From: Massilicoli timonensis
GTDB lineage: Bacteria > Bacillota_I > Bacilli_A > Erysipelotrichales > Erysipelotrichaceae
NCBI RefSeq assembly: GCF_900199515.1
Contig: NZ_LT963434.1
Span: 1,892,180-1,924,179, forward strand
Length of the DNA: 32,000 nt
Direction: 5' to 3'
Numbering within the stretch: position 1 is the stretch's first letter; every line of letters begins with the position of its first letter. A program made the position numbers and the translations under genes. The notes under the pieces were generated by a model. The model was not told the origin of the DNA. It did no database searches and saw nothing but the letters and a program-made list of their open reading frames with translations. Positions 1-7,917 of this stretch are shown here, in pieces.

Positions 1-1573
1 TTAAAGCGACTGCCATTCCCAGCGTGTATTTATAGACATAGAAGTTGTAGTAGAAGTGTGGAATATAATAGCACTTATAGCCTTCTAATTCGTCAATGCA
101 GACACTTTCTCCGTAATAGTCTTTTGACAGCTGAATGAAATAATCAGTCAAAACAGAAGAAGATACCGGCTGATCCTGTTCGATCAGTTCATGCAGATGG
201 CTTTCAAACTTCGCATACATCGGCTGACGGTATAATGTGCCGACCAGCTGTTCCAGCAGGTTTGCCAAGATGTATTTGCGGTATTGGCGATCATCGCTTG
301 TCTTCAGCAGATAATTGTTTAACAAGATCTCATTGACCGTGCTGGCAACCTCCGCCACAAAGATACGATAATCGGACAGCAGCGGGCGCTGGGTGGTGCG
401 GGAGAAATAAGAGTGCATCGAATGGCCCAGTTCATGCGCCAGGGTGCTGAGGGAATCATAATTGCCCGTAAAATTTGTTAAGATATAAGGAAGGGAATCA
501 TGACAGCCGCCGGAATAAGCGCCGCCGACTTTCTGTTCATGCGGGAAGCAGTCTACCCAGCGTTCTTCCTGCGCACGCGTCAATAGTTTTCCATAGGTTT
601 CGCCTAACGGCGCCAGCGCTTTGCGAATGATGTCAAAGCTTTCTTCGATCGTATAGGAAACATTGACGTCCTTGATATAAGGAAGCAGTAAGTCATATGT
701 GTGCTGTTCTTTTAATCCCAGTTGTTCTTTACGGAAGGCAAAATAGTCATGGCGTGCCTGCTTGTATTTTTCATTTGCCATATGCAGCACTTTGTCATAC
801 AGCGTTTGATCCGCGCCATCTGCGAATAAACTTGCTTCCAGCGCCGATGAAAAGTTACGCATTTTGGCGTTAAACACCTGTCCTTTCGCATGCCCTTTCA
901 GCATCTGGGCGAGTGCATTGCTATAACGCTCGTATTCCTGATACAGATTCGTAAAAGCTTGTTTACGGACCTCGACATCAGGGTGAAATAAGAAAGAGGT
1001 ATAGGTCGCATCACTTAAAAACTGCTCTTCTCCATCTACCATGACCGGATCAAAACGCATTCTGAATGCGTCATAGATCTGAGCAGGGGCTGTGGCGATT
1101 TCACCGATCTCTGCCAACAGCTGTTCTTTTTCCGCGTCGAGACGATGTGGAATGGTGCGAAACAGCTCGCTCATCGGATAGCGGAAATCCGCGCATGCCT
1201 CATCCTGCAAATAAGAGTCGATCGCTTCTTTTGCTTCGATCAGTTCTACATCACAAAAGCTCAAGCCGGTCATCGCCTGCTGATACACCTGCATCGCTGC
1301 GGCTTTATTCATCGTATTTTGGGGAATGGACGGCTCTACATCACAGCTCATATTCGCATAGACGATGCACTGTTCCAGATAGCGCTCCATATCCTCCTTC
1401 GTTTCCATATAGCAGATAAAATGGTCTTTGGTATCTGCCAGATGTCCTTTCATCGCGATCAGCGCCGCTAATCCTTGTTTGGCCTTGGCAAGCGCATTGT
1501 CAAAAGCCTGCTGATCGGGGAATAGTTTGGTTAGATCCCAAGTGTACTTGGTTTCGATCTCATTTCGTTTCAT
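1..1573 (-). CDS. pepF: Oligoendopeptidase F (M3B zinc metallopeptidase), C-terminus cut by window edge
   Basis: Not in the ORF track because it runs off the window. My reverse-strand translation from ATG (complement of 1571-1573, AAGGAG SD 9 nt upstream) gives MKRNEIETKYTWDLTKLFPDQQAFDNALAKAK... An in-frame HELGH zinc motif is encoded by the complement of 422-436. The + strand ORFs 1066..1419 and 1145..1471 are antisense artefacts. Confidence 0.85.
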   Translation of the reverse strand, partial: MKRNEIETKYTWDLTKLFPDQQAFDNALAKAKQGLAALIAMKGHLADTKDHFICYMETKEDMERYLEQCIVYANMSCDVEPSIPQNTMNKAAAMQVYQQAMTGLSFCDVELIEAKEAIDSYLQDEACADFRYPMSELFRTIPHRLDAEKEQLLAEIGEIATAPAQIYDAFRMRFDPVMVDGEEQFLSDATYTSFLFHPDVEVRKQAFTNLYQEYERYSNALAQMLKGHAKGQVFNAKMRNFSSALEASLFADGADQTLYDKVLHMANEKYKQARHDYFAFRKEQLGLKEQHTYDLLLPYIKDVNVSYTIEESFDIIRKALAPLGETYGKLLTRAQEERWVDCFPHEQKVGGAYSGGCHDSLPYILTNFTGNYDSLSTLAHELGHSMHSYFSRTTQRPLLSDYRIFVAEVASTVNEILLNNYLLKTSDDRQYRKYILANLLEQLVGTLYRQPMYAKFESHLHELIEQDQPVSSSVLTDYFIQLSKDYYGESVCIDELEGYKCYYIPHFYYNFYVYKYTLGMAVAL

Positions 1574-1596
1574 CGTATCACACTCCTTTATGTTTT

Positions 1597-1641
1597 AGTA
1601 TAACCCTTTTTTCTTGAAGTGCCAATACTTTATGTTATAAT
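1597..1641. promoter_or_regulatory. Back-to-back divergent sigma-A-type promoters for pepF (-) and deoD (+)
   Basis: Minus strand: TTGGCA (1625-1620), 17 nt spacer, TATACT (1602-1597). Plus strand: TTGAAG (1614-1619), 16 nt spacer, TATAAT (1636-1641) preceded by TGt (extended -10). Confidence 0.55.
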
Positions 1642-1684
1642 GAAACCAAGAGCATAGGGCTCATCAGAAAAAGGAGGTTGTTAT

Positions 1685-2404
1685 ATGTCTACACCGCATA
1701 ATCAGGCAGCAAACGGCGAGATCGCTAAAGTGGTGCTGATGCCGGGAGATCCGCTGCGCGCCAAATACATTGCCGAAACATTTTTAGAAGATCCGACGAT
1801 GTTCAATACCGTGCGCAATATGTACGGCTATACCGGAACTTATAAAGGAACACGCATTTCCGTAATGGGAAGCGGCATGGGGATGCCTTCGATCGGCATT
1901 TACTCCTATGAACTGTTCTCTCACTATGATGTGGAGTGCATCATTCGCATCGGCAGCGCCGGCGCTTATACCGAGGAACTGCATTTATTCGATCTGGTAT
2001 TAGCAAGCGAGGCATGGAGCGAATCCACTTTTGCACTTGCCCAAAGCGGCGATGATGAAACGCGGCAGAAACCAAGTGCAAGGGTAAACGCAGCAATCAA
2101 AGAAGCAGCTGCTTCCTTGCAAAAACCATTAACGGAAGCCTGTATTCATTCCAGCGATGTGTTCTATCATGAAGCGAATGTGGATGGCCATCGGGAGTTT
2201 TATGCAAAGCATGGCTGTGTCTGTGTGGAAATGGAAAGCTTTGCGCTGTTTCACAATGCCAAAGTGCTGGGAAAACATGCGGCTTGTCTTTTGACGATAT
2301 CCGATTCTTTGGTAACGCATGAAGAGACTACGGCAAAGCAGCGAGAAAATTCATTTACCAATATGATGGAGGTGGCGTTAGAGGCCGCCCTGAAATTGGC
2401 ATGA
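1685..2404 (+). CDS. deoD: Purine nucleoside phosphorylase, DeoD type
   Basis: 239 aa. N-terminus TPHNQA..GEIAKVVLMPGDPLRAKYIAETFLED...YGYTGTYKG..ISVMGSGMGMPS and the C-terminal VCVEMES motif are typical of hexameric PNP. AAAGGAGG SD upstream. Confidence 0.9.
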   Translation: MSTPHNQAANGEIAKVVLMPGDPLRAKYIAETFLEDPTMFNTVRNMYGYTGTYKGTRISVMGSGMGMPSIGIYSYELFSHYDVECIIRIGSAGAYTEELHLFDLVLASEAWSESTFALAQSGDDETRQKPSARVNAAIKEAAASLQKPLTEACIHSSDVFYHEANVDGHREFYAKHGCVCVEMESFALFHNAKVLGKHAACLLTISDSLVTHEETTAKQRENSFTNMMEVALEAALKLA

Positions 2405-2453
2405 TCAACAAGCCTTTCTTTACAGAGAGGCTTTCTTTTAAGGAGAGAAGAGC

Positions 2454-3500
2454 ATGAAACAAAGCATCACAACGGCTCTAATGGAGTGGTATGAAGAAAA
2501 TAAACGAGATCTGGCATGGCGCAGAGATCAGGATGCTTATCGGATCTGGGTAAGCGAGATCATGCTGCAGCAGACGCGGGTAGAGGCGGTCAAAAGCTAT
2601 TATGCGCGTTTTATGGAAGCGCTGCCGACATTAAGACATTTAGCAATGGCTGATGAGACAGAGCTGCATAAGCTGTGGGAAGGACTGGGCTATTATAATC
2701 GGGTCATGAACATGAAAAAATGCGCACAGATCTGTATGGAAAACTATGACGGCTGTTTGCCTGCTGATTATGAGGAATTACAAAAGCTGCCCGGGATCGG
2801 CAGCTATACGGCAGGCGCCATCGCTTCGATCGCTTATGATCTGCCGGTGTGTGCGGTAGACGGCAATGTCATGCGGGTATTTTCCCGCTTGTGTAATGAT
2901 GAAAGCGATATTGCCAAAGCGGCAGCGAAAAAACATTTTGAAGCGGTCGTCATGCAATATGTGCCAACGTGCGGTGCCGGCATCTTTAATCAGGCGATCA
3001 TGGAACTGGGCGCGCTCATCTGTGTGCCAAACGGCGCTCCCCATTGTTCCTTATGCCCGCTGGCATCGCTTTGCGAAGCGCATCGGCTGGGCATCACCTC
3101 AAAACTGCCGGTCAAAAGCGCCAAGAAAAAACGCCGTATCGAACAAAAAACGGTTGTCGTTTATCTTTATGAAGATCAGCTTCACTTGCGCAAACGTGAA
3201 GCCGGCGGTTTATTGGCTTCCCTTTACGAATTCGATGTTTATGAAGGCGTTTATGAGGAAACGCAATTAACGAACAAGCTGCAAGAAGCTGCTCACTTAA
3301 AGCAATTAGTACCTTTAGGCAAAGCAAAGCATATCTTTACCCATTTGGAATGGCATATGAACGGCTGGCTGGCGATCTTGCAGGAACCCTTTGATCAAGA
3401 TGGCATATGGGTGGATCTGGATACGTTAAATAAACAGTATGCTTTGCCAAGCGCTTATCAGCGCTATAAAGATGCCGTTGCCTTATGGCTGAAAGGATGA
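2454..3500 (+). CDS. mutY: A/G-specific adenine DNA glycosylase
   Basis: 348 aa. Has the HhH-GPD signature (WVSEIMLQQTRVEAV, LPGIGSYTAGAIASIAY), a 4Fe-4S cysteine cluster CVPNGAPHCSLCPLASLC, and a C-terminal MutT-like domain. AAGGAG SD upstream. Confidence 0.9.
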   Translation: MKQSITTALMEWYEENKRDLAWRRDQDAYRIWVSEIMLQQTRVEAVKSYYARFMEALPTLRHLAMADETELHKLWEGLGYYNRVMNMKKCAQICMENYDGCLPADYEELQKLPGIGSYTAGAIASIAYDLPVCAVDGNVMRVFSRLCNDESDIAKAAAKKHFEAVVMQYVPTCGAGIFNQAIMELGALICVPNGAPHCSLCPLASLCEAHRLGITSKLPVKSAKKKRRIEQKTVVVYLYEDQLHLRKREAGGLLASLYEFDVYEGVYEETQLTNKLQEAAHLKQLVPLGKAKHIFTHLEWHMNGWLAILQEPFDQDGIWVDLDTLNKQYALPSAYQRYKDAVALWLKG

Positions 3501-3505
3501 TCGAG

Positions 3506-4063
3506 ATGGAATTGTTAAAACAGTTGGAAGCGCTGGTTCCTTATGATGAAACGGAACAGGCGGATCAAGCGGTCATGATCGCATATTTGAAGGAGCATGA
3601 CGACGCATTTTTGCGAAGCAATCGCATTGCCCATTTCACCGCTTCGGCATGGATCGTCAATCAAGATAAAAGTAAAGTATTGTTGATCTATCATAACATT
3701 TATGATTCATGGGGCTGGTGCGGGGGCCATGCGGACGGAGAACGGGATCTGCTTGCCTGTGCGTTAAAGGAAGCAAGGGAAGAAACCGGACTGGAAGCAT
3801 TTACCGTGCTGGATGAAAAGCCGCTTTCCTGCGAGATCGCACCGGTATTTGCGCATCGTAAAAACGGGAAAGCCGTGAACGCTCACCTGCATTTGAATGT
3901 TACTTATGCATTGATGGCAGATGATCAAAGTCCTTTGCGTATCAAGCCGGATGAAAACAGCGGGGTCAAATGGTTTGCGATCGATTGCTATGAGGAAGTG
4001 ATACGGGAACAGGATATGTTGCCGATCTATCGCAAATTGACAAAACGCATCTTGACGAAGTAA
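3506..4063 (+). CDS. NUDIX hydrolase
   Basis: Nudix box GGHADGERDLLACALKEAREETGL. The ORF track starts at 3485, with in-frame ATGs at 3497 and 3506. Only 3506 has an SD (AAGGA, 8 nt spacer). The ORF overlaps or abuts the mutY stop (3498-3500), suggesting co-transcription. Confidence 0.8.
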   Translation: MELLKQLEALVPYDETEQADQAVMIAYLKEHDDAFLRSNRIAHFTASAWIVNQDKSKVLLIYHNIYDSWGWCGGHADGERDLLACALKEAREETGLEAFTVLDEKPLSCEIAPVFAHRKNGKAVNAHLHLNVTYALMADDQSPLRIKPDENSGVKWFAIDCYEEVIREQDMLPIYRKLTKRILTK

Positions 4064-4123
4064 CGATCCATATAGGAAAATTGCCCAGCCTCCTTTGCTT
4101 TTTACGCATAGTTTAGAACAGAT

Positions 4124-4903
4124 ATGGGGGTTATGGAAGTGAAGGAGAAAAACGGTCGGTTCATACGGACAGATGCGTCCATGCCGCTTCAGGTGCTGAA
4201 ATTCGGCGGCACTTCAATGCGTACACGCACGACGCGAAAAGCAGTCATCGCACATATCAAAACGCAGCGGGAGAAAGCAAAGCTGGTCGTCGTTGTTTCT
4301 GCGATGGGCAGATTTCGCGACCCTTATGCGACAGATACCCTGCTTTCCCTCGGTTCACTGAAAATGCGGAAAAAAGAACAGGCTTCCCTCGTGTCGATCG
4401 GGGAACAGTTGTCTGCCTTGACCTTGTGTGCGGAGCTGCTGGAAGAAGGAATCAGCGCCTGTACCCTTTCTTTTCTGGAAGCGGGGATCATCAGCGATCA
4501 GCACTATGATTATGCACAGGTCAAATATATGGATCCAAGCGGTATCTTAAAAGCATTGGAACAGTTTGATGTCGTGGTGGTCGGCGGCTTTATCGCCATA
4601 GATGAGGAGATGGAAGTAACGACGCTGGGCAGAGGAGGAAGTGATTACAGCGCGGTCTTGTTCGCCGATATGCTGGGATTAAAGGAAGCGATCATCTATA
4701 CCGATGTAAACGGCGTCTATGTGGAAGATCCCAAGCAGCAAAAGAACGCCCGCAAATATGAATATCTGAGCTATGGAAGCATGCTTGCTTTGCATTCACG
4801 GGTGCTGCATGATCGCTGTGTCGTATATGCGCGTGATCATCACATCCGCATTTATGTAAAAGGTACTTTCTCGAAAGAGGAGGGAACATGGATCGGTTCC
4901 TGA
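4124..4903 (+). CDS. Aspartate kinase-like amino-acid kinase, catalytic domain only (no ACT domains)
   Basis: Motifs KFGGTS, VVVVSAMG..TD.L, TLGRGGSDYSA and IYTDVNGVY.EDP. It ends (..GTFSKEEGTWIGS) where canonical aspartokinases continue into two ACT domains. The true start is uncertain: the internal ATG at 4181 (MPLQVLKFGG) matches the usual N-terminus, but no start has a clear SD. Confidence 0.7.
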   Translation: MGVMEVKEKNGRFIRTDASMPLQVLKFGGTSMRTRTTRKAVIAHIKTQREKAKLVVVVSAMGRFRDPYATDTLLSLGSLKMRKKEQASLVSIGEQLSALTLCAELLEEGISACTLSFLEAGIISDQHYDYAQVKYMDPSGILKALEQFDVVVVGGFIAIDEEMEVTTLGRGGSDYSAVLFADMLGLKEAIIYTDVNGVYVEDPKQQKNARKYEYLSYGSMLALHSRVLHDRCVVYARDHHIRIYVKGTFSKEEGTWIGS

Positions 4904-4980
4904 TGATTTTTGGTGATCGGAAAGTGAAATTGCCGCGCATTTTTTCATCTTGCGTGCTATAATAATAGAGCGAGGTGAGT

Positions 4981-5178
4981 ATGATGAAAAAGCATATTTT
5001 AATGGTAAGCGATATGGCCTGTGAAAACTGTGCCAAGAAAATCGAGAATGCGCTGAAGCAGACAAGAGTGGATTTTGAAGTCAATCTGGAGCAGAAAGCA
5101 GTGATCGTGTACGGCGATGCGGACATGATCAATGTTGCGAAAAAGACGATCTCCGATATCGGCTTTACGGTCTTATAG
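4981..5178 (+). CDS. copZ: Heavy-metal-associated (HMA) domain protein, CopZ-like metallochaperone
   Basis: About 65 aa with an MxCxxC metal-binding motif (DMACENC) and a ferredoxin-like length. The ORF-track start at 4975 is a GTG inside the GAGGTG SD; ATG at 4981 is more likely. Confidence 0.75.
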   Translation: MMKKHILMVSDMACENCAKKIENALKQTRVDFEVNLEQKAVIVYGDADMINVAKKTISDIGFTVL

Positions 5179-5206
5179 TCTTATTGAAAATGATTGGATC
5201 AAACAG

Positions 5207-5240
5207 AAGGAAATGCCGGAATGCTTTCCTTTTTTTTGTT
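5207..5240 (+). terminator. Rho-independent terminator after copZ
   Basis: AAGGAAA (5207-5213) pairs with TTTCCTT (5225-5231), followed by a T-run of 8 or more. Confidence 0.65.
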
Positions 5241-5338
5241 TTTTGCAAGGGGAATCAGCCGGCAAAAGACGGTGTGGAAAAGAATAGGGAAACGATCATG
5301 GAAAGATGCAAAAAGATAAAACATGTTTCATGTGCATT

Positions 5339-5527
5339 TCAGCGTTTGCGAAACAGTGTGAGATTGATAAATGCACCGACTAAGAGCAGCGCTCCATATA
5401 CCATGCGCATGCCATGATGCCCCATGATTTCATAAATTCCCAGATCAAAATCAAACAGCAGATAAAGGCCGCCCTGGACGCCTAAAAGAATGGAAAGAAA
5501 CAGAGCGCTCTTTTGTAAAAGATTCAT
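5339..5527 (-). CDS. DUF378 (YuzA-like) small membrane protein
   Basis: 62 aa with two TM helices. The pattern ..FDFDL....(I)Y..LLLVGAFINL.LF resembles B. subtilis YuzA-type DUF378 proteins as I recall them. Confidence 0.65.
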   Translation of the reverse strand: MNLLQKSALFLSILLGVQGGLYLLFDFDLGIYEIMGHHGMRMVYGALLLVGAFINLTLFRKR

Positions 5528-5622
5528 GCTATCACCCTTATTACTCTATGATTTCTTTTCCTTTGATTATGTATTTTATCGACAGATTTGGCATAAATTA
5601 AAGGTGAAGAAAGGAGAACGAA

Positions 5623-6612
5623 ATGAAAGCAAAACTTATTGCGGGCATCAGTGCGCTCGTTTTGGTCGTATTGTTATTGCTGATGTGGAAACCGCAGTCT
5701 TTTGAGGATCGCTTTGACGATGTGATGCAGGATCTGACATCTTATGAATTAGAAGGCGATATGGAAATTACCAAAGGGGAAGACATAAAGAGCTTTGCAC
5801 TGTCTGTCGCCTATCAGAAAAAGGAAAAGCAGGATCTGTTTCGGGTATCGCTCTATGATAAGGAGCTGAATCAGGAACAGACCATCATTCGCAATCAAGA
5901 CGGTGTATTCGTGGCAACGCCGAGCCTGAATCAAGTGTTTCAGTTTGAAGGGGATTGGCCGCTCAATACCCCGAAGCCTTATCTGCTTCAGTCAATGGCA
6001 GAGATCGTGAACAGTGAAAAGGCGGAAATCAGTGAGGAAAAAGAAGGTTACTTAGTGAAAAGCGAGGTTGACTATCCCAATAATCCGACTTTTGCCAAAC
6101 AGGAGATGATGTTTGATGAAGAAGGCAAGATCAAATGGATCCAGATCTTTGACAAAGATAACAGCACACAGATGAAGTTGGTTTTTCATACCTGCACTTA
6201 TAACAAAAAGGTAAAGGACAGCGTATTTGAGACGCCGAAGAAGCTGGAGCAGAAAACAGCGGCTGCCACCATCAGCGAAGCCGATCTGCCGCTTTATCCG
6301 ATGCAGGTGTTTGATGCGGTCCTGCAAAACCGCAGTGTGGTGGAAACCGGTGATAAAAAGCGTTATGTCATGGAGTATACGGGGGATAAGAACTTTACGG
6401 TCATTCAAAGTGTTTATGCGCCTGCAGAAGAAACAGAAGTGGTGCTGATGAGCGGTGAAATGGTCGATGCGCTGGATCTGATCGGCTTTTATGACGGCAA
6501 TCATATGAGTGCGATTCAAAATGGGGTGGAATTCAGCGTATTCAGCGATGATCTGTCTTTGGAGGAAATGATGCGGGTCATTTCCAGCATGCAGGTGGCA
6601 GTGATGAAATAA
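5623..6612 (+). CDS. Signal-anchored LolA-like / YdcC-like exported protein
   Basis: 329 aa. N-terminal hydrophobic anchor [22 protein letters not shown]. Size and beta-rich composition resemble B. subtilis YdcC (LolA-fold/DUF4367). AAAGGAG SD upstream. The stop shares one base with the mazF start (TAATG at 6610-6614). Confidence 0.6.
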   Translation: MKAKLIAGISALVLVVLLLLMWKPQSFEDRFDDVMQDLTSYELEGDMEITKGEDIKSFALSVAYQKKEKQDLFRVSLYDKELNQEQTIIRNQDGVFVATPSLNQVFQFEGDWPLNTPKPYLLQSMAEIVNSEKAEISEEKEGYLVKSEVDYPNNPTFAKQEMMFDEEGKIKWIQIFDKDNSTQMKLVFHTCTYNKKVKDSVFETPKKLEQKTAAATISEADLPLYPMQVFDAVLQNRSVVETGDKKRYVMEYTGDKNFTVIQSVYAPAEETEVVLMSGEMVDALDLIGFYDGNHMSAIQNGVEFSVFSDDLSLEEMMRVISSMQVAVMK

Positions 6613-6962
6613 TGATCAGACGCGGAGATGTATATTATGCGGATCTTTCGCCGGTAGTGGGCAGTGAACAGGGCGGTATGCGCCCGGTGGTCATTATCCA
6701 AAACGACAAAGGCAACCGTTATTCCAAAACGGTCATCGTCGCGCCGGTATCCACGCGTATGAGCAAGCCGCCCATCCCCACCCATGTGATCTTTTCCGAT
6801 GACGCTTTGCATTATGTATCGATGATCTTATGTGAGCAGGTACGTACGATCGACAAAAAAAGGCTGGGACAATGGCTTTGTCATCTAAGCGGCGAAACAT
6901 TGGAAAAGGTTGATCAGGCAATCAAAATATCGCTTGGTTTAGAGCGAAATATTGGTTCTTGA
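6612..6962 (+). CDS. mazF: MazF/EndoA (PemK family) mRNA interferase toxin
   Basis: 116 aa. [42 protein letters not shown].....K...PTHV......L...[14 protein letters not shown] is nearly colinear with B. subtilis EndoA (NdoA). Confidence 0.9.
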   Translation: MIRRGDVYYADLSPVVGSEQGGMRPVVIIQNDKGNRYSKTVIVAPVSTRMSKPPIPTHVIFSDDALHYVSMILCEQVRTIDKKRLGQWLCHLSGETLEKVDQAIKISLGLERNIGS

Positions 6963-6974
6963 TACAGGTAAATC

Positions 6975-7011
6975 AGGCTTTGGGAAACGCGTAAAAAAGT
7001 TCTCAAAGCCT
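6975..7011 (+). terminator. Strong hairpin after mazF (probable terminator, no U-tract)
   Basis: AGGCUUUGGGAA (6975-6986) pairs with UUCUCAAAGCCU (7000-7011) over 12 bp including one G-U. No T-run follows. Confidence 0.4.
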
Positions 7012-7012
7012 A

Positions 7013-7041
7013 TTGCCAATTATAGTGAAACATGATATTAT
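7013..7041 (+). promoter_or_regulatory. Promoter of tRNA-Ser
   Basis: TTGCCA (7013-7018), 17 nt spacer, TATTAT (7036-7041). Confidence 0.5.
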
Positions 7042-7072
7042 ATACGAGCATTATCAGTAATGGTTCAGAAAC

Positions 7073-7163
7073 GGAGATGTACTCAAGTGGCTGAAGAGGT
7101 GCCCCTGCTAAGGGCATAGGTCGGGAAACTGGCGCGAGGGTTCAAATCCCTCCATCTCCGCCA
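7073..7163 (+). tRNA. tRNA-Ser (anticodon GCU), CCA encoded
   Basis: Cloverleaf read by hand. Acceptor stem GGAGATG/CATCTCC, anticodon stem TGCCC/GGGCA with loop CTGCTAA, a long variable arm, and T-arm GAGGG-TTCAAAT-CCCTC. Confidence 0.9.
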
Positions 7164-7191
7164 TTATGATAATAAAAGTAAAAAAAAGTCA

Positions 7192-7219
7192 TTGACAAAT
7201 GGTTGCGTTATGTTATAAT
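7192..7219 (+). promoter_or_regulatory. Promoter of tRNA-Asp
   Basis: TTGACA (7192-7197), 16 nt spacer, TATAAT (7214-7219) with an upstream TGt. Confidence 0.6.
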
Positions 7220-7241
7220 AAGCAAGCAGTCGATAAAAGAT

Positions 7242-7317
7242 GGTCCAGTGGTGTAGTGGTTAACATGCCTCCCTGTCACGGAGGAGATCGTGGGTTCGAG
7301 TCCCATCTGGACCGCCA
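7242..7317 (+). tRNA. tRNA-Asp (anticodon GUC), CCA encoded
   Basis: Acceptor stem GGTCCAG/CTGGACC, anticodon stem CCTCC/GGAGG with loop CTGTCAC, T-loop TTCGAGT. Confidence 0.9.
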
Positions 7318-7329
7318 GTTAATAGAAAT

Positions 7330-7351
7330 GTTCCGATGCGGAACTTTTTTT
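7330..7351 (+). terminator. Rho-independent terminator after tRNA-Asp
   Basis: GTTCCG-atg-CGGAAC followed by T7. Confidence 0.7.
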
Positions 7352-7414
7352 ATGGGACTGCTTCATTGCATGCCAAACTTTTTATGGGATTTGCGAAAAG
7401 AATGAGATTTGTTA

Positions 7415-7443
7415 TTGCATTTTTTATGGAAATTGTTTAGAAT
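7415..7443 (+). promoter_or_regulatory. Promoter of tRNA-Pro
   Basis: TTGCAT (7415-7420), 17 nt spacer, TAGAAT (7438-7443). Confidence 0.5.
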
Positions 7444-7453
7444 AATGGCATAT

Positions 7454-7530
7454 CGGGATGTAGCACAGCTTGGTAGTGCACTTCGTTCGGGACGAAGGGG
7501 TCGCAGGTTCAAATCCTGTCATCCCGACCA
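7454..7530 (+). tRNA. tRNA-Pro (anticodon CGG), CCA encoded
   Basis: Acceptor stem CGGGATG/CATCCCG, anticodon stem CTTCG/CGAAG with loop TTCGGGA, T-arm GCAGG-TTCAAAT-CCTGT. Confidence 0.9.
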
Positions 7531-7542
7531 GTTGTTTCAGAT

Positions 7543-7565
7543 CGCACGGCATGTGCGTTTTTTTT
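7543..7565 (+). terminator. Rho-independent terminator after tRNA-Pro
   Basis: CGCAC-ggcat-GTGCG followed by T8. Confidence 0.65.
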
Positions 7566-7748
7566 ATTGTAGAAGAAAGCGGCTGTTTGTATGATCGGCT
7601 AATGAAAAAGAGCGGAAATACTTTTGCTAATAGGCTGTAAAATAAGAAAAGCGAAACAAAAAGACGTTTTATATCTAACGCTTAGAAAAGGCGATGCAGA
7701 GGGGAAGGTGAAAATCCGGCAGACAGCGATAAAATTGGAAAAAAGTCC

Positions 7749-7777
7749 TTGCATTTTTAGAAAACATGTAGTAAGAT
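7749..7777 (+). promoter_or_regulatory. Promoter of tRNA-Arg
   Basis: TTGCAT (7749-7754), 17 nt spacer, TAAGAT (7772-7777). Confidence 0.45.
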
Positions 7778-7805
7778 AATAAACGTACTCAAGGTATAGC
7801 AACAT

Positions 7806-7882
7806 GCGCCCATAGCTCAACTGGATAGAGCGTTTGACTACGGATCAAAAGGTTGCGGGTTCGATTCCTACTGGGCGCGCCA
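7806..7882 (+). tRNA. tRNA-Arg (anticodon ACG), CCA encoded
   Basis: Acceptor stem GCGCCCA/TGGGCGC, D-arm GCTC..GAGC, anticodon stem TTTGA/TCAAA with loop CTACGGA, T-loop TTCGATT. The T-stem has one C-A mismatch. Confidence 0.85.
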
Positions 7883-7894
7883 TTTAGAAAAATG

Positions 7895-7917
7895 CTTCTC
7901 GAAAGAGAAGTTTTTTT
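7895..7917 (+). terminator. Rho-independent terminator after tRNA-Arg
   Basis: CTTCTC-gaaa-GAGAAG followed by T7. Confidence 0.75.

Noticed and set aside
1066-1471. Plus-strand ORFs 1066..1419 and 1145..1471.
   Set aside because: The region is covered by the minus-strand pepF reading frame, which has the clear M3 peptidase motif HELGH and a proper start and SD.
4981-5178. Orphan CopZ-like gene without an adjacent copA or csoR/copY as a possible anomaly.
   Set aside because: Stand-alone HMA-domain proteins are common. No CopY box (TACAnnTGTA) or CsoR-type operator is visible upstream, so there is nothing unusual to pursue from the sequence alone.
5184-5417. 77-aa + strand ORF between copZ and the DUF378 gene.
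   Set aside because: It starts inside the copZ terminator region, overlaps the convergent DUF378 gene, has no SD, and has a basic low-complexity translation.
7699-7730. GAGGGGAAGGTGAAAATCCGGCAGAC resembles the GGGAA..GGTGAAAATCC core of cobalamin riboswitches.
   Set aside because: Only about 30 nt resemble it. There is no B12 box (..CCCGC.ACUG..), no surrounding helices and no downstream gene; the next feature is the tRNA-Arg promoter. It is probably chance or a decayed relic.
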